A stretch of 64,000 nt of DNA from Bacillota bacterium (GCA_023460035.1 JAEWRN010000043.1:85436-149435); one strand, 5' to 3'. Shown: positions 27,972 through 38,501, counted from the first letter of the stretch. Numbers and translations: made by a program. Notes: generated by a model from the letters alone, not told the origin.

Positions 27972-29018
27972 CTACTCCTCACTGGGGTCCACATCAATCA
28001 ATACCTTCATTGTGGTTTCCCTGTTTTTCTCGATGTACTGATATGCCGCCAAATAATCCTTGAATGCAAAATGTTTACTCATTAAGGGGCGCAGCTGAAC
28101 TTTGCCCTCATTGACCAACTGGATTGCCTCTAAATAATCTTCGTGGCGGTACATCATTGTAGTATCCAAATCTAACTCGTGGTCATTCAATGTAAAAAGG
28201 TCTGCCGCTGCAATACCTGCAAACACCGCTACCAACACCAGCTTACTACCTTTGCGTGCATTTTGGATTGCCTGGTTTATCGTAGTATTATTGCCAGCAC
28301 AATCGTAAATAACATCCGCTTTGTCTTTGCCAAAACTCTCCATCATTGCTTCGCCAAAGCTTTTTTGCATCGTGTTTATCGCAAAGTCAACACCTATCAT
28401 TTTTGCCAGCTGTAATCGATAATCGGATATATCAGTAATCAACACTTGCGCCGCCCCCAAAGCTTTACAGGTTTGCGCCAGCAAAATGCCAATAGGGCCA
28501 CAGCCCAAAATGGCTACCTTTGCCCCTTTCAATTTTGTAAAACGGTGGGCTGCATGTACCGTAACTGCAAGGGGTTCAATCATTGCGCCTTCGTTATAGG
28601 TCATTTCGCTGGGTAAGGCGGTGATCTTCGTTGCATCCACAACGAAATATTCACTGCCAGCCCCGGTAGTTTGAAAGCCCATCACTTTCAGTTCCTCGCA
28701 CAAATTATATTTACCATGCGTACAAGGGTAACATTTACCGCAATACACCTGTGGCTCTATGGTCACTTTTTGGCCAATTTTCAGCTCTTCTACTTGTGCA
28801 CCAAGCTCGACTACCTGCCCGGAAACTTCATGCCCCTGCGTAACGGGGTACCCTGTGCCTGAATGTTCCCCATAATACACATGGATGTCACTGCCGCAAA
28901 CACCAATTTTTTTAATTTTAACAAGCACTTGTCCCATACCGGGGTGTGGTATTGGAACATTGCGAAAAACAATATTTCCCGGTTCTGTCATTACTTGCTG
29001 AAGCATTGTGCCCTGCAT
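27972..29018 (-). CDS. Zinc-dependent polyol/sugar dehydrogenase (MDR family)
   Basis: GVCGSDIH, GHE, structural Zn site CGKCYPC...C, EPLAV and GCGPIG. Confidence 0.92.
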   Translation of the reverse strand: MQGTMLQQVMTEPGNIVFRNVPIPHPGMGQVLVKIKKIGVCGSDIHVYYGEHSGTGYPVTQGHEVSGQVVELGAQVEELKIGQKVTIEPQVYCGKCYPCTHGKYNLCEELKVMGFQTTGAGSEYFVVDATKITALPSEMTYNEGAMIEPLAVTVHAAHRFTKLKGAKVAILGCGPIGILLAQTCKALGAAQVLITDISDYRLQLAKMIGVDFAINTMQKSFGEAMMESFGKDKADVIYDCAGNNTTINQAIQNARKGSKLVLVAVFAGIAAADLFTLNDHELDLDTTMMYRHEDYLEAIQLVNEGKVQLRPLMSKHFAFKDYLAAYQYIEKNRETTMKVLIDVDPSEE

Positions 29019-29210
29019 AATAGTACCTCTTTTCTGTTCTGCAGATATACAAAAGCATAAGTGAATAAATCTTTTATTTTTAGAACTGGTAAAAAATCTC
29101 TTAGGCCTTTTCGTTATTTGGGGCTTTTTCTCTCATAATCCTGTGCCATTCGTGGATTTTTATATCCGGCCTGCTCTCAAGTTTGGCCTGTTCTTGTTTT
29201 CTCATTCAGT

Positions 29211-30023
29211 TCACTCTACCAGTTTTCCTTTTAAGGGAAGCCAGTCTAGTACACGTCGAATATAAGGGTCCCAAAAATCAAAGTTATGCACCCCCGGCCC
29301 CTCTTCATAGGTCAGGTCTGCGCCCAGTTCAAGTGCCTGATTACGGAAAGCGATGTTATCCGGATGCAGAAAATCTTCTGTACCACAACACTCGTACAAA
29401 CGCGGCAGCTCTACTTTCCGCTTCACTTGGTTTTCCAGAATTACCTGTAAATCGTGTTGCTCTGGCACAAAATATTCCTCATTGGGCCCATAAGCGTTCT
29501 TGCGCCAAGCCATCACCTGTTTCTGGATGCCGCTTACCGCAAGCTTTTTTTGCGTTAAACCACCGGAAAGGCTGGCAGCGGCGACATACTTTTCAGGCTT
29601 TAAAAGCGCAGCACGAAACGCACCATATCCACCCATAGAAAGCCCCGCGATAAAATTGTCTTCTCTTTTAGCTGAAAGCGGCAGCAATGAGCAAAGAATT
29701 TCAGGCAGTTCCCGCGTAAGGTAAGAAAAATAATTACCGCCCCATGGATTGTCCACATACATGCTGTTATAGCCGTCTGGCATCACAACTGCAACATTTT
29801 TACCCTGCGCATAACGCTCCACCGAAGAAAAGCGCTGCCAGTCTGACTCATCCGCAGAAATGCCATGCAGCAACCAAAGCACCTGATATTTTTGCCCCGG
29901 CTTAGGAAACACTGTTGGGCTGTCAAAAAAGTCATTGTTGGAATCTGGCGTGGGCAGAGAAACATTTACATTCACACTGCGAAACAGCTCTTTTGAGAAT
30001 AGTTTGCATTGAAATAATGCCAT
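29211..30023 (-). CDS. Esterase, alpha/beta hydrolase (CE1/tributyrin-esterase-like)
   Basis: LWLLHG, GLSMGGYGA nucleophile motif, CGTEDFL and GVHNFDFW. Confidence 0.9.
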   Translation of the reverse strand: MALFQCKLFSKELFRSVNVNVSLPTPDSNNDFFDSPTVFPKPGQKYQVLWLLHGISADESDWQRFSSVERYAQGKNVAVVMPDGYNSMYVDNPWGGNYFSYLTRELPEILCSLLPLSAKREDNFIAGLSMGGYGAFRAALLKPEKYVAAASLSGGLTQKKLAVSGIQKQVMAWRKNAYGPNEEYFVPEQHDLQVILENQVKRKVELPRLYECCGTEDFLHPDNIAFRNQALELGADLTYEEGPGVHNFDFWDPYIRRVLDWLPLKGKLVE

Positions 30024-30037
30024 AATCTCCCCTCCCT

Positions 30038-31081
30038 TTAGTTGTCCTGTGGATGAACCATAACCTTGATGGATTTTGCACTCATCTGCATTTGAATGGC
30101 TTCATCAAGATGCTCTAAATCAAAAACATGAGTAATGAGCTTTTTAATTTCTATGCGACCGCTGTTGATTAAATTCACCGCACGTTGATGGGTGTCCGGG
30201 TTAATCATTGAACCCACGATTGTCAATTCTTTTTTATAGATATCAAACAACGGCATTTCTACCGTAGACTCTACACCAGGCACACTAAATAACAAAATAC
30301 GGCACCCAAAACCTGCCGCACTGAATGCCTGGGTGACGGCAAACGGTTTACCCACACATTCAATGACGATGTCGGTACCTTCTCTACCTGTTAGCTCTTT
30401 AATGCGCGCAGGTACATCTTCCTTAATGGGGTCAATCGTGTTATCTGCGCCCAGCTTTAAACCTATATTGCGGCGCATTTCTACCGGCTCACTAAGCAAA
30501 ACAGTGCTGGCCCCCGCTAAACGTGACAGTTGTACCATCAAAAGCCCAATAGTGCCACCCCCAATAATCAATACGCTCTGGCCGGGGCGAATGTCTGCTT
30601 GATCTATACCGTGTATTGCACATGCCAGGGGTTCAGCCATAGCTGCTACGTCAAAATCGACTTCATCTGCCAGTTTAAAACACTGTGTATCAGGGCAAAG
30701 GGTGTATTCTGCAAATCCCCCGTTTGTATTGACACCCAGTGCATACAAATTCTCGCAATTTTGTTTTTTGCCCATACGGCAGGGCAAACATTTACCACAA
30801 TACATATTGGGGTCCATCGTTACATGGTCGTCCACGCTTACCACCTTTACTGCACTGCCAACAGCGGTGACAACACCCGAAAATTCATGCCCCAAAACTA
30901 CGGGCGGGGTGACCTCAGCAGAACCCTTTTCCCCATGATAAATATGTACATCCGTACCACAAATACCACAGGCCATATTTTTCACCAAAACGTCATGTGG
31001 GCCCAGTTTTGGAAATGTCATTTCTCTGATTTCGAATTTTGGGTTTTTATCTGCCCCCAAGAAATAACTTCCACGTTTCAT
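30038..31081 (-). CDS. Zinc-dependent polyol/sugar dehydrogenase (MDR family)
   Basis: GICGTDVH, GHE, CGKCLPC...C, EPLAC and GGGTIG motifs. Confidence 0.92.
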   Translation of the reverse strand: MKRGSYFLGADKNPKFEIREMTFPKLGPHDVLVKNMACGICGTDVHIYHGEKGSAEVTPPVVLGHEFSGVVTAVGSAVKVVSVDDHVTMDPNMYCGKCLPCRMGKKQNCENLYALGVNTNGGFAEYTLCPDTQCFKLADEVDFDVAAMAEPLACAIHGIDQADIRPGQSVLIIGGGTIGLLMVQLSRLAGASTVLLSEPVEMRRNIGLKLGADNTIDPIKEDVPARIKELTGREGTDIVIECVGKPFAVTQAFSAAGFGCRILLFSVPGVESTVEMPLFDIYKKELTIVGSMINPDTHQRAVNLINSGRIEIKKLITHVFDLEHLDEAIQMQMSAKSIKVMVHPQDN

Positions 31082-31083
31082 TT

Positions 31084-32079
31084 TTAGTTTCCCTCTCTTT
31101 TGAGGATGGGTGGCAGTGCTGAAATCACGTCATTCATTGCCTCAAATGTTTTTTGTTGTGGACGATTTAAGAAAGCATGAATCATGCCCTTATAAATATT
31201 GTATTCCACTTGATTTCCGTTGTCCTCCAGCTTAGCCGCATACATAAGCCCTTGGTCAAGCAATGGGTCACATTCAGCAGATAAAAACATCGCCGGGGGC
31301 AGATTACTTAAGTCAGGTGCCAGCAATGGGGACACATAGGGTTTCGAGGTATCGGCGGGGTCATCAAGGTAAGCAGGAACGAGGTCCCCGTCCTCACTGT
31401 TCATCGCCAAAAAGTAATCCCCGTTTCCATAGCGTTCTTCTGATGTTGTTCTATACCCTAAATTCATCACCGTGGCAGGGAAAAACAAGAATTGTTTATG
31501 GATTGCAGGCCCACCACTATCACGAGCCATTAAGCTGACAACTGCAGCGATGTTTCCGCCCGCTGAGTCGCCACAAACACTGACACTGCTGTTGTCCCCC
31601 CCATAATGAGCTGCATTTTCATGCGCCCATACCAGCGTATCATAGCAATCTTGCAGCCCTTGAGGAAAGCGGTGTTCGGGTGCCAGCCGATATTCCGGTG
31701 TGATAACCAGCACATTGCCATATTGGGCAAAATAGCGCGGCACATAATCATATACGTCAAGGCTGTTCATCATCCAGCCGCCACCATGATAGAACACCAT
31801 CACCTTAAACGGGCCTTCCCCGTGGGGCAGATAAATGCGTACGGGGATGTCATGATCCTGTTTATGAAAAAGCGTATTTACTGTTTTAACCGTCATGATT
31901 TTTTTGAAGCAATAGCAGTTTTTCCACAACATTGTAAGGTCTGTAATGGTTTCAAAGTTTTGCATGATGCGGTACTCTGTTGGCAGGTTCATATCAAACC
32001 CTTGGGCAGAAGGGATTACCGCATCCGGTGCTGCCTCTCCATATTCCGGATTTAAATACTTCCGATACAATTCGGGCAT
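31084..32079 (-). CDS. Esterase/lipase, HSL family alpha/beta hydrolase
   Basis: HGGGW oxyanion motif, YRLAPEH, GDSAGG, DPL and HAF. Confidence 0.92.
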   Translation of the reverse strand: MPELYRKYLNPEYGEAAPDAVIPSAQGFDMNLPTEYRIMQNFETITDLTMLWKNCYCFKKIMTVKTVNTLFHKQDHDIPVRIYLPHGEGPFKVMVFYHGGGWMMNSLDVYDYVPRYFAQYGNVLVITPEYRLAPEHRFPQGLQDCYDTLVWAHENAAHYGGDNSSVSVCGDSAGGNIAAVVSLMARDSGGPAIHKQFLFFPATVMNLGYRTTSEERYGNGDYFLAMNSEDGDLVPAYLDDPADTSKPYVSPLLAPDLSNLPPAMFLSAECDPLLDQGLMYAAKLEDNGNQVEYNIYKGMIHAFLNRPQQKTFEAMNDVISALPPILKREGN

Positions 32080-32109
32080 TTCAAAACCTCCTTTTTTCAT
32101 AAAGGGTGT

Positions 32110-33096
32110 TTATGCGTTTTTCTTAAACAGAGCTCCAAAGAGATGAAGGTGATTGTGTTGCGTGCTGTCCAAGATAACCGCCAGCAAAAACACACTGCCC
32201 GTAATAACCATCTGCACATATTCTGTAACACCTGACAGCGTCAGGCCATTCGTCAGCATAGTGATAAGCAAAATACCGCCTGCCGCTTTTGTAACCTTGC
32301 CTTCCCCGCCTAAAAAGCTCACACCGCCAATAACCAATGCAGAAAGAACGTCCATATCCAATGCTGCACCGGAAGTTGGGTTACCCGAGCCAACACGGCC
32401 TGCCATCAGCAACCCTGCCATACCACAAAGGCCGCCACAGATTGTATAAGCCGCGATAAACATATGGTCTGAATTGATACCTGACAAACGTGCAGCCTCA
32501 CGGTTGCTGCCGGTAGCAAAAAGATTCCTACCAAAATACGTGTACTTAAAAATAATACCCATAATCACGATAATAACCAGCGCAAGAATAATCGGAGCAG
32601 GAATGGGCCCTACACTGCCCTGATAAAAGACCTTAATACTATCCGGTATCCCAGAGATAGGTAGACCTCCACAAATAAGGTACGCAACCCCACTGATAAT
32701 CGTAGACAGTGCCAAGGTCCCAATCATTGGAACAATTTTGGTTTTGTTGATAATTACCCCTGTAACAAAGCCAATCACCGTATCCATTAGAACTGTCAGC
32801 AAAATAACTAAAGGCCAGGCCAAGCCGGCTTTTACAGAAAGAAGTGCAATGACCACCGAAGACAATGCCACACAGGCGCCCATGGAAAGGTTCAAGCCGC
32901 CGACAACGATTAAACTCATTTCGCCCATCCCCAAGATACCCATAATGCATGACTGGCGCAGTATTGTTAGGATGTTACTGATTTTCAAAAACGCAGAATT
33001 TTGAAGTGCGAATACAATTGCCAAGCCAATAAGAATAACAAAAATAGTGTATTCCTTGACAATATCAAATACTTTTATTTTTTTCATAAATGGCAC
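32110..33096 (-). CDS. Monosaccharide ABC transporter permease (RbsC-like)
   Basis: NLSMG, FGRNLFATGSNREAARLSGI and VIGGVSFLGG motifs. Confidence 0.93.
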   Translation of the reverse strand: MPFMKKIKVFDIVKEYTIFVILIGLAIVFALQNSAFLKISNILTILRQSCIMGILGMGEMSLIVVGGLNLSMGACVALSSVVIALLSVKAGLAWPLVILLTVLMDTVIGFVTGVIINKTKIVPMIGTLALSTIISGVAYLICGGLPISGIPDSIKVFYQGSVGPIPAPIILALVIIVIMGIIFKYTYFGRNLFATGSNREAARLSGINSDHMFIAAYTICGGLCGMAGLLMAGRVGSGNPTSGAALDMDVLSALVIGGVSFLGGEGKVTKAAGGILLITMLTNGLTLSGVTEYVQMVITGSVFLLAVILDSTQHNHLHLFGALFKKNA

Positions 33097-33105
33097 CTCT
33101 CCCTT

Positions 33106-34590
33106 TTATTCCCCGGACGCCAGTGTCAGTATTTTTTCTTGCGTATACTCACTATGCTCCAGTTTCCCCATCAATTTGCCCTCATACAGTACCATCATGC
33201 GGTCTGTGATTCCCATTAGTTCCTCCATGTCAGATGAAATCACAATAATTCCTCTGCCCTGTGCAGCAAGGTCATTGATAAGGTTGTAAATTTCCTGTTT
33301 TGCCGCAACATCAATCCCACGGGTGGGCTCATCTAATATCAACACACGGCAGTCATTGGCAAGCCATTTCGCAAGCACTACTTTTTGTTGATTGCCGCCT
33401 GAGAGGGTATTCACGGTCCTATTAATCGAGGGGGCCTTAATGCGTAACGCATCAAATTGCTCTTGCGTAACTTTTTTTTCTTTGCCACTATCTACAAATC
33501 CTATTTTATTAGAAATACGCTTCAGGATAGGAATGACAATGTTTTCTCGAATATTCATCCGCAGCAGCACACCATGTTCTTTGCGATCTTCCGGCACCAT
33601 ACCGATTCCCATGGCAACAGCTTCCTTGGGTGATCGCACCCTAATCGGCTTACCGTCCATACAAATTTCTCCACATTGCTTTTCCGCTGCCCCAAAAATC
33701 ATTTCGGCATACTCCGTACGGCCTGCCCCAACTAGGCCCCCAAGGCCAAGTACTTCCCCTTTGTGCAGAGTTATCGAGAAAGGCTGCACCCCGTTGCCAC
33801 CCAAGTCCTTTGTCTCAAGCAATACTTGCTCTGTTTGTGTATTGCGCTCGCCAAAATTCTTTTTTAATTCGCGCCCTACCATATAAGCAATCAATTTCTC
33901 TTTCGTAACAGACTTTGTCTCCTCTGTGGCAACATAGCATCCATCACGCATAATCGCTACACGATCTGCAATCTGATACAATTCATCCAGTCGATGTGAA
34001 ATGTAAATAATGGTGACACCTTTGGCTTTTAACTCTTTTACAATGCGAAACAAAACCTCTACTTCCCGTTCTGTCAGAGGGGCCGTCGGTTCGTCCATAA
34101 TGACCAATTTTGCTCTTTTTGCAATAGTTTTTGCAATTTCCACTAATTGCTGGTATGCCGTGGGTAAATTACGAATCAGTTCGGTAGCGGCCAGTCCTTC
34201 CACCTTAAATTGGTCTAATATTTCCTGTGCCTTTTTATTCATCAAAAGCTCGTTGCGAAATATACCCTTTGTCAGTGGTTCGCCCAGATAAATGTTTTCT
34301 GCCACACTTAACGAGGGGCATAAATTAAATTCCTGGTAAATCACCCCAATGCCAATCTCTTTTGATAAAGCCGGTGTAAGGGATGTATACTCTTTCCCCT
34401 CGAAAATAATCTTTCCTTCCTCCGGCACAATAGCCCCTGCAATTGATTTAATTAAAGTGGATTTGCCAGCACCATTTTCGCCTATTAATGCAATGCATTC
34501 GCCACGGCTCACTTTTAGTGAAAAATCATTTAGTGCAATAACGCCTGGATATCGTTTTGTTAAATGCTGAATTTCAAGAATAGTGTCCAT
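33106..34590 (-). CDS. Monosaccharide ABC transporter ATP-binding protein (RbsA-like)
   Basis: GENGAGKST, MDEPT, LSGGNQQK and LDEPTRGIDV motifs. Confidence 0.95.
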   Translation of the reverse strand: MDTILEIQHLTKRYPGVIALNDFSLKVSRGECIALIGENGAGKSTLIKSIAGAIVPEEGKIIFEGKEYTSLTPALSKEIGIGVIYQEFNLCPSLSVAENIYLGEPLTKGIFRNELLMNKKAQEILDQFKVEGLAATELIRNLPTAYQQLVEIAKTIAKRAKLVIMDEPTAPLTEREVEVLFRIVKELKAKGVTIIYISHRLDELYQIADRVAIMRDGCYVATEETKSVTKEKLIAYMVGRELKKNFGERNTQTEQVLLETKDLGGNGVQPFSITLHKGEVLGLGGLVGAGRTEYAEMIFGAAEKQCGEICMDGKPIRVRSPKEAVAMGIGMVPEDRKEHGVLLRMNIRENIVIPILKRISNKIGFVDSGKEKKVTQEQFDALRIKAPSINRTVNTLSGGNQQKVVLAKWLANDCRVLILDEPTRGIDVAAKQEIYNLINDLAAQGRGIIVISSDMEELMGITDRMMVLYEGKLMGKLEHSEYTQEKILTLASGE

Positions 34591-34617
34591 AAATCCCCCT
34601 CCCTTTCTTTCACGTAA

Positions 34618-34656
34618 AATGTGAGCATAATCGAAATATTTGATTATGCTCACATT
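34618..34656. other. Intercistronic stem-loop between the binding-protein and ATPase genes
   Basis: Perfect 15-bp inverted repeat AATGTGAGCATAATC / GATTATGCTCACATT, without a U-tract. Confidence 0.7.
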
Positions 34657-34713
34657 GGTTCGAAGATCTATATGATGATAAGCAATACAATTATTTTAAC
34701 GAACCTATACTGA

Positions 34714-35712
34714 TTACATCCAATCTGCGACGTTATCCTTGGTAATCAGCACAAAATCGCCCCAATGATCCCCTTTAGCGCTTTCATCCCCCTGCGCAAG
34801 GCCGACAGCAATGTCAATGAAATCATCGGCCAACGAAACCAACCCTGTATTGATTGTCCCTTTATAAATTCCACCTTCAGCAATCGCTTTCAGTGCTTCG
34901 GGGTCCGAATCACACCCAAACAAAGCAAGCTTCTTGCCCTCACCGTAATTTGCTGCCTGGAAAGCCTGATACACACCGCACAGTCCAGAATCGTTGATGG
35001 CACAAACAAGGTTCAAATCGTACCCGCACTGTGTGTAGTTTTCACCTGCAGTAACGCCGTTATCCGTTGTACCACCCACTGCTTCGACAACCCAGTCGAT
35101 TTTTGCTTCACACAATTCGTCCAATGCGTCTTTATAGCCCTGCTCACGGGTAACAAGGAAATCTGCTGATGGATAGTTATTGCTTGCCGCGTACACCGTA
35201 TCCCCTGCACCAAAATTTTCATTCACCCATGCTGCTGCATTCTGCCCAATAGCGTAACCCAACTTGTAGTTATCCCAGCCGTAATATGCATCGTCACCCT
35301 CAAGTTTCGTATCATAGGAGAACCAGGGAATCCCTGCTGCCTGACAAGCCTTCATGCTTTCGATATAGGCATCACTCGTGACATGAACGATAAGACAATC
35401 GACACCCATGGCAATGTAATTATCACACGCCTCCAAAAGCTTGTCCTCATCTTTGTTTGCAGTATAAACAAAGTTCACGCCAATCTGCGCACAATAGTTT
35501 TTCATTGCCTCAACTTGATCACGGAAAATCTGTGTTGTCAATTCACCTGTAACATAGGCGATGGTAATGTCACTCAAATCCTTAGTAGTTCCTGATTCAC
35601 CCGATGCGGGTGTGGACGTCGCAGCAGCCGCGGAAGAACTGGAAGCTGCCCCACAGCCTGCCAAGCTCAGCATCATCACGAATGCCATTGCAAATGCCAA
35701 TACTTTTTTCAT
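34714..35712 (-). CDS. Sugar ABC transporter substrate-binding lipoprotein
   Basis: Lipobox LAGC, Ser/Ala-rich linker, and periplasmic-binding-protein type I features (AINDS, FGCD). Confidence 0.9.
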   Translation of the reverse strand: MKKVLAFAMAFVMMLSLAGCGAASSSSAAAATSTPASGESGTTKDLSDITIAYVTGELTTQIFRDQVEAMKNYCAQIGVNFVYTANKDEDKLLEACDNYIAMGVDCLIVHVTSDAYIESMKACQAAGIPWFSYDTKLEGDDAYYGWDNYKLGYAIGQNAAAWVNENFGAGDTVYAASNNYPSADFLVTREQGYKDALDELCEAKIDWVVEAVGGTTDNGVTAGENYTQCGYDLNLVCAINDSGLCGVYQAFQAANYGEGKKLALFGCDSDPEALKAIAEGGIYKGTINTGLVSLADDFIDIAVGLAQGDESAKGDHWGDFVLITKDNVADWM

Positions 35713-35748
35713 CCTCTTGACCTCCTGTATCTCGAACTGTTGTTTTTT

Positions 35749-35816
35749 GAAAACCGATTACGTAAACGGTTTTCTCTTCTGTAAATCATCATATTCCCTT
35801 TCACGTTCTGTGTCAA
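35749..35816 (-). promoter_or_regulatory. Promoter and LacI-type operator of the sugar operon
   Basis: TTGACA (35811-16)-17 bp-TATGAT (35788-93) on the - strand. Near-perfect 26-bp palindrome GAAAACCGATTAC/GTAAACGGTTTTC at 35749-35774, just downstream of the predicted start site. Confidence 0.75.
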
Positions 35817-35899
35817 TTAGCTTGTTTTTACAGTTTTTACTCGTTTAATTTATGCAATATATCCACGTAACAGCTGTTTTCCGCAAAATGTTTTCGTTA

Positions 35900-35941
35900 A
35901 GCAAACGTTTACTTGACTTTTTGAGAGAATTTACCTAAAAT
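35900..35941 (+). promoter_or_regulatory. Promoter and LacI-type operator of the second lacI gene
   Basis: AGCAAACGTTTACT operator-like palindrome abutting TTGACT-17 bp-TAAAAT. Confidence 0.72.
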
Positions 35942-35999
35942 AGAAACAGTGATTTTGCGGGTATTCTTTCAAATTTTTTCAATAAAGGGGTCGTTTCAG

Positions 36000-36992
36000 A
36001 TGGTGAAAGCCGGGATTCGGGATGTGGCAAAGCAGGCGGGCGTTTCCACCGCGACCGTCAGCCACGTAATCAACAACACCAGGTTTGTGACCGAAGATAC
36101 CAAGCACCGGGTGCAACAGGCAATTGAGGCGCTAGACTACCACCCCAACGCAATGGCCCGCAGCTTAAAAACACGGCGCTATAACCTGATTGCATTTGTG
36201 GTGCCGGATATTGCAAACGCCTTTTTTGCCACCCTGATTGAAGAAGTGGAAAATGTGATTGCCGAACAGGGCTACCGGTTGATTGTTGTAAACACCAAGG
36301 AGACCAAAGAGCGCGAGATTGAAAACCTGCGCGCTTTGGCAAATGGCTTTGTGGACGGCTTTTTGATTGCTTCTACCCTTGACAGTTACGATGAAATTGC
36401 CAAGGTGGTGCCGGAGGACGTACCAAAGGTATTTATTGACCGCAGCCTGCCGCACTGCCCTTGCGACACCATTACGGTTGCAAACTATGAAGCCATGTAC
36501 CAGGGAGTAACCTACCTGATTCGCACCGGGCACACACGCATCGGCTACATCACCGGCTTGCCGCGCATTTCCACCACGGCCGAACGACTGGACGCCTACC
36601 GCTCGGCCATGGCGGCCCACCACCTGCCCACCGAGGGATTGATTCGCATTGGTGACTCGATGAGCTCTTGCGTGGCGACAAACCTGGATGCCCTTTTGGA
36701 GGCAAACTGCACCGCGCTGGTCGTGTCCAATAACGTGATGGCAACCGAGGCCATGCTGCAGCTGCTGGAGCGCGGGCTGCATGCCAGCCGGGACATTGAC
36801 CTGCTGGGGTACAAAGACAGTGAGCAGGCCCAATATGGGCTGCAGCACATGCATTTAATCTGCCAGCCCACCATTGACCTTGCACGGGTGGCCGGGCGGC
36901 AGATTTTAGAGCGGATTGAATCACCCGGCCTGCCGGTGCGTCAAACGGTCATTCAGGCTGTGTTCACCCCGCACCGACCCACCGCCCTTTGA
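36000..36992 (+). CDS. LacI-family transcriptional regulator
   Basis: IRDVAKQAGVSTATVSHVIN, YHPNAMARSL and VPDIANAFF motifs. Divergent from the sugar operon. Confidence 0.95.
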   Translation: MVKAGIRDVAKQAGVSTATVSHVINNTRFVTEDTKHRVQQAIEALDYHPNAMARSLKTRRYNLIAFVVPDIANAFFATLIEEVENVIAEQGYRLIVVNTKETKEREIENLRALANGFVDGFLIASTLDSYDEIAKVVPEDVPKVFIDRSLPHCPCDTITVANYEAMYQGVTYLIRTGHTRIGYITGLPRISTTAERLDAYRSAMAAHHLPTEGLIRIGDSMSSCVATNLDALLEANCTALVVSNNVMATEAMLQLLERGLHASRDIDLLGYKDSEQAQYGLQHMHLICQPTIDLARVAGRQILERIESPGLPVRQTVIQAVFTPHRPTAL

Positions 36993-37021
36993 CCCACGCT
37001 TTTTGGGGCTTTCACGCACAC

Positions 37022-37070
37022 AAAAAGCCCCTTTTCTTTTGTGCCACGGCACAAAGAAAAGGGGCTTTTT
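37022..37070. terminator. Bidirectional terminator between lacI and gap
   Basis: AAAAAGCCCCTTTTCTTTTGTGCC / GGCACAAAGAAAAGGGGCTTTTT inverted repeat with one bulge. Confidence 0.85.
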
Positions 37071-37127
37071 ACTTTAATCTTATTTTGGGGCCCGCACTTG
37101 CGTACAGGTTACCGGCAGAAGAACTGC

Positions 37128-38159
37128 TTAGGCCAGCTCGGCGAAGTACTTAATGGTGCGAACCATCTGGCTGGTGTAGCTGTTCTCGTTGTCGTACCAG
37201 GACACGACCTGCACCTGATAGGTGTCGTCGTCAATCTTGGTGACCATGGTCTGGGTAGCATCGAACAGGCTGCCGTAACGCATGCCGATGACGTCGGAAG
37301 AAACAATCTCATCGGTGTTGTAGCCAAAGCTTGCGCTGGCTTCTGCCTTCATGACAGCGTTGATGGAATCCTTCGTGATATCCTTACCCTTGACAACGGC
37401 AACCAGAATGGTGGTCGAGCCGGTGGCAACAGGCACGCGCTGTGCAGAGCCGATCAGCTTGCCGTTCAACTCGGGGATGACAAGGCCGATTGCCTTGGCA
37501 GCGCCGGTGGAGTTCGGCACGATGTTCTGTGCGCCTGCACGGCTGCGGCGCAGGTCGCCCTTGCGCTGCGGGCCGTCGAGAATCATCTGGTCACCGGTGT
37601 AAGCATGCACGGTGGTCATGATGCCCGACTGCACGGGGTATGCATTGTTGAGTGCATTGACCATCGGTGCCAGGCAGTTGGTGGTGCAGGAAGCAGCAGA
37701 GATGATTTGATCGTCGGCGGTCAGGGTCTTCTCGTTCACGCTGAACACGATGGTCTTCAGGTCGCTGCCGGCCGGGGCCGAGATAACGACTTTCTTTGCG
37801 CCGGCATCGATATGTGCCTGCGAAGCGGCTTTGCTGGTGTAGAAACCGGTGCACTCCAGAACAACGTCAACACCCAGTTTGCCCCAGGGAGCATCCTTGG
37901 CGTCTTTCACGGCGTAGATTTTGATCTCTTTGCCGTCGACGATGATGGAATCTTCGGTAGCCTCAACCGTGTGCTTATTTTCACCGATGCGGCCGAGGAA
38001 AGAGCCCTGCGCGGTATCGTACTTCAGCAGGTGGGCAAGCATCTTGGGGCTGGTAAGATCGTTGATTGCAACGACTTCGTAGCCGTCGGCCTCAAACATC
38101 TGACGGAATGCCAGACGGCCAATACGGCCGAAACCATTAATCGCAACTTTGACTGCCAT
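37128..38159 (-). CDS. gap: Type I glyceraldehyde-3-phosphate dehydrogenase
   Basis: [26 protein letters not shown] and WYDNE motifs. Confidence 0.98.
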   Translation of the reverse strand: MAVKVAINGFGRIGRLAFRQMFEADGYEVVAINDLTSPKMLAHLLKYDTAQGSFLGRIGENKHTVEATEDSIIVDGKEIKIYAVKDAKDAPWGKLGVDVVLECTGFYTSKAASQAHIDAGAKKVVISAPAGSDLKTIVFSVNEKTLTADDQIISAASCTTNCLAPMVNALNNAYPVQSGIMTTVHAYTGDQMILDGPQRKGDLRRSRAGAQNIVPNSTGAAKAIGLVIPELNGKLIGSAQRVPVATGSTTILVAVVKGKDITKDSINAVMKAEASASFGYNTDEIVSSDVIGMRYGSLFDATQTMVTKIDDDTYQVQVVSWYDNENSYTSQMVRTIKYFAELA

Positions 38160-38501
38160 AATGAAAACATCCTCCTTGATATTTTGGATTAATTTAATTG
38201 TATACTAATTTCGACAAAACTACAAGTGCTTCTGATATTTATTTAACGCCTAGCTGCCGAAGTTTTGCTTGCTGCACGCGCAGAATCTGTACATTTTTCA
38301 GCAAACCGACTCCCGTTTGGCACCCCGCCGGCACTGCATGTAACAGGCACTAAAACGAATACAGCTTTGCTTTACAGCGTTACCTGAATCCCGTATAATA
38401 TGAAGAAACTAGCTGTCGTTTTTTGTCGTATTGTGTCAACATTTTCCCACAGTCATCTGTGACGGGCAACCCCCTATTTTATAGAAAAGCGGTGACACTG
38501 A

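Noticed and set aside
26480..35950. Sugar island as an autonomous mobile element
   Set aside because: No integrase, transposase, tRNA target or flanking direct repeats found. Only composition supports horizontal origin.
37041..38192. 383-aa ORF antisense to gap
   Set aside because: Exact shadow of a highly biased gene with no recognisable motifs. Long antisense ORFs are expected from such codon usage.
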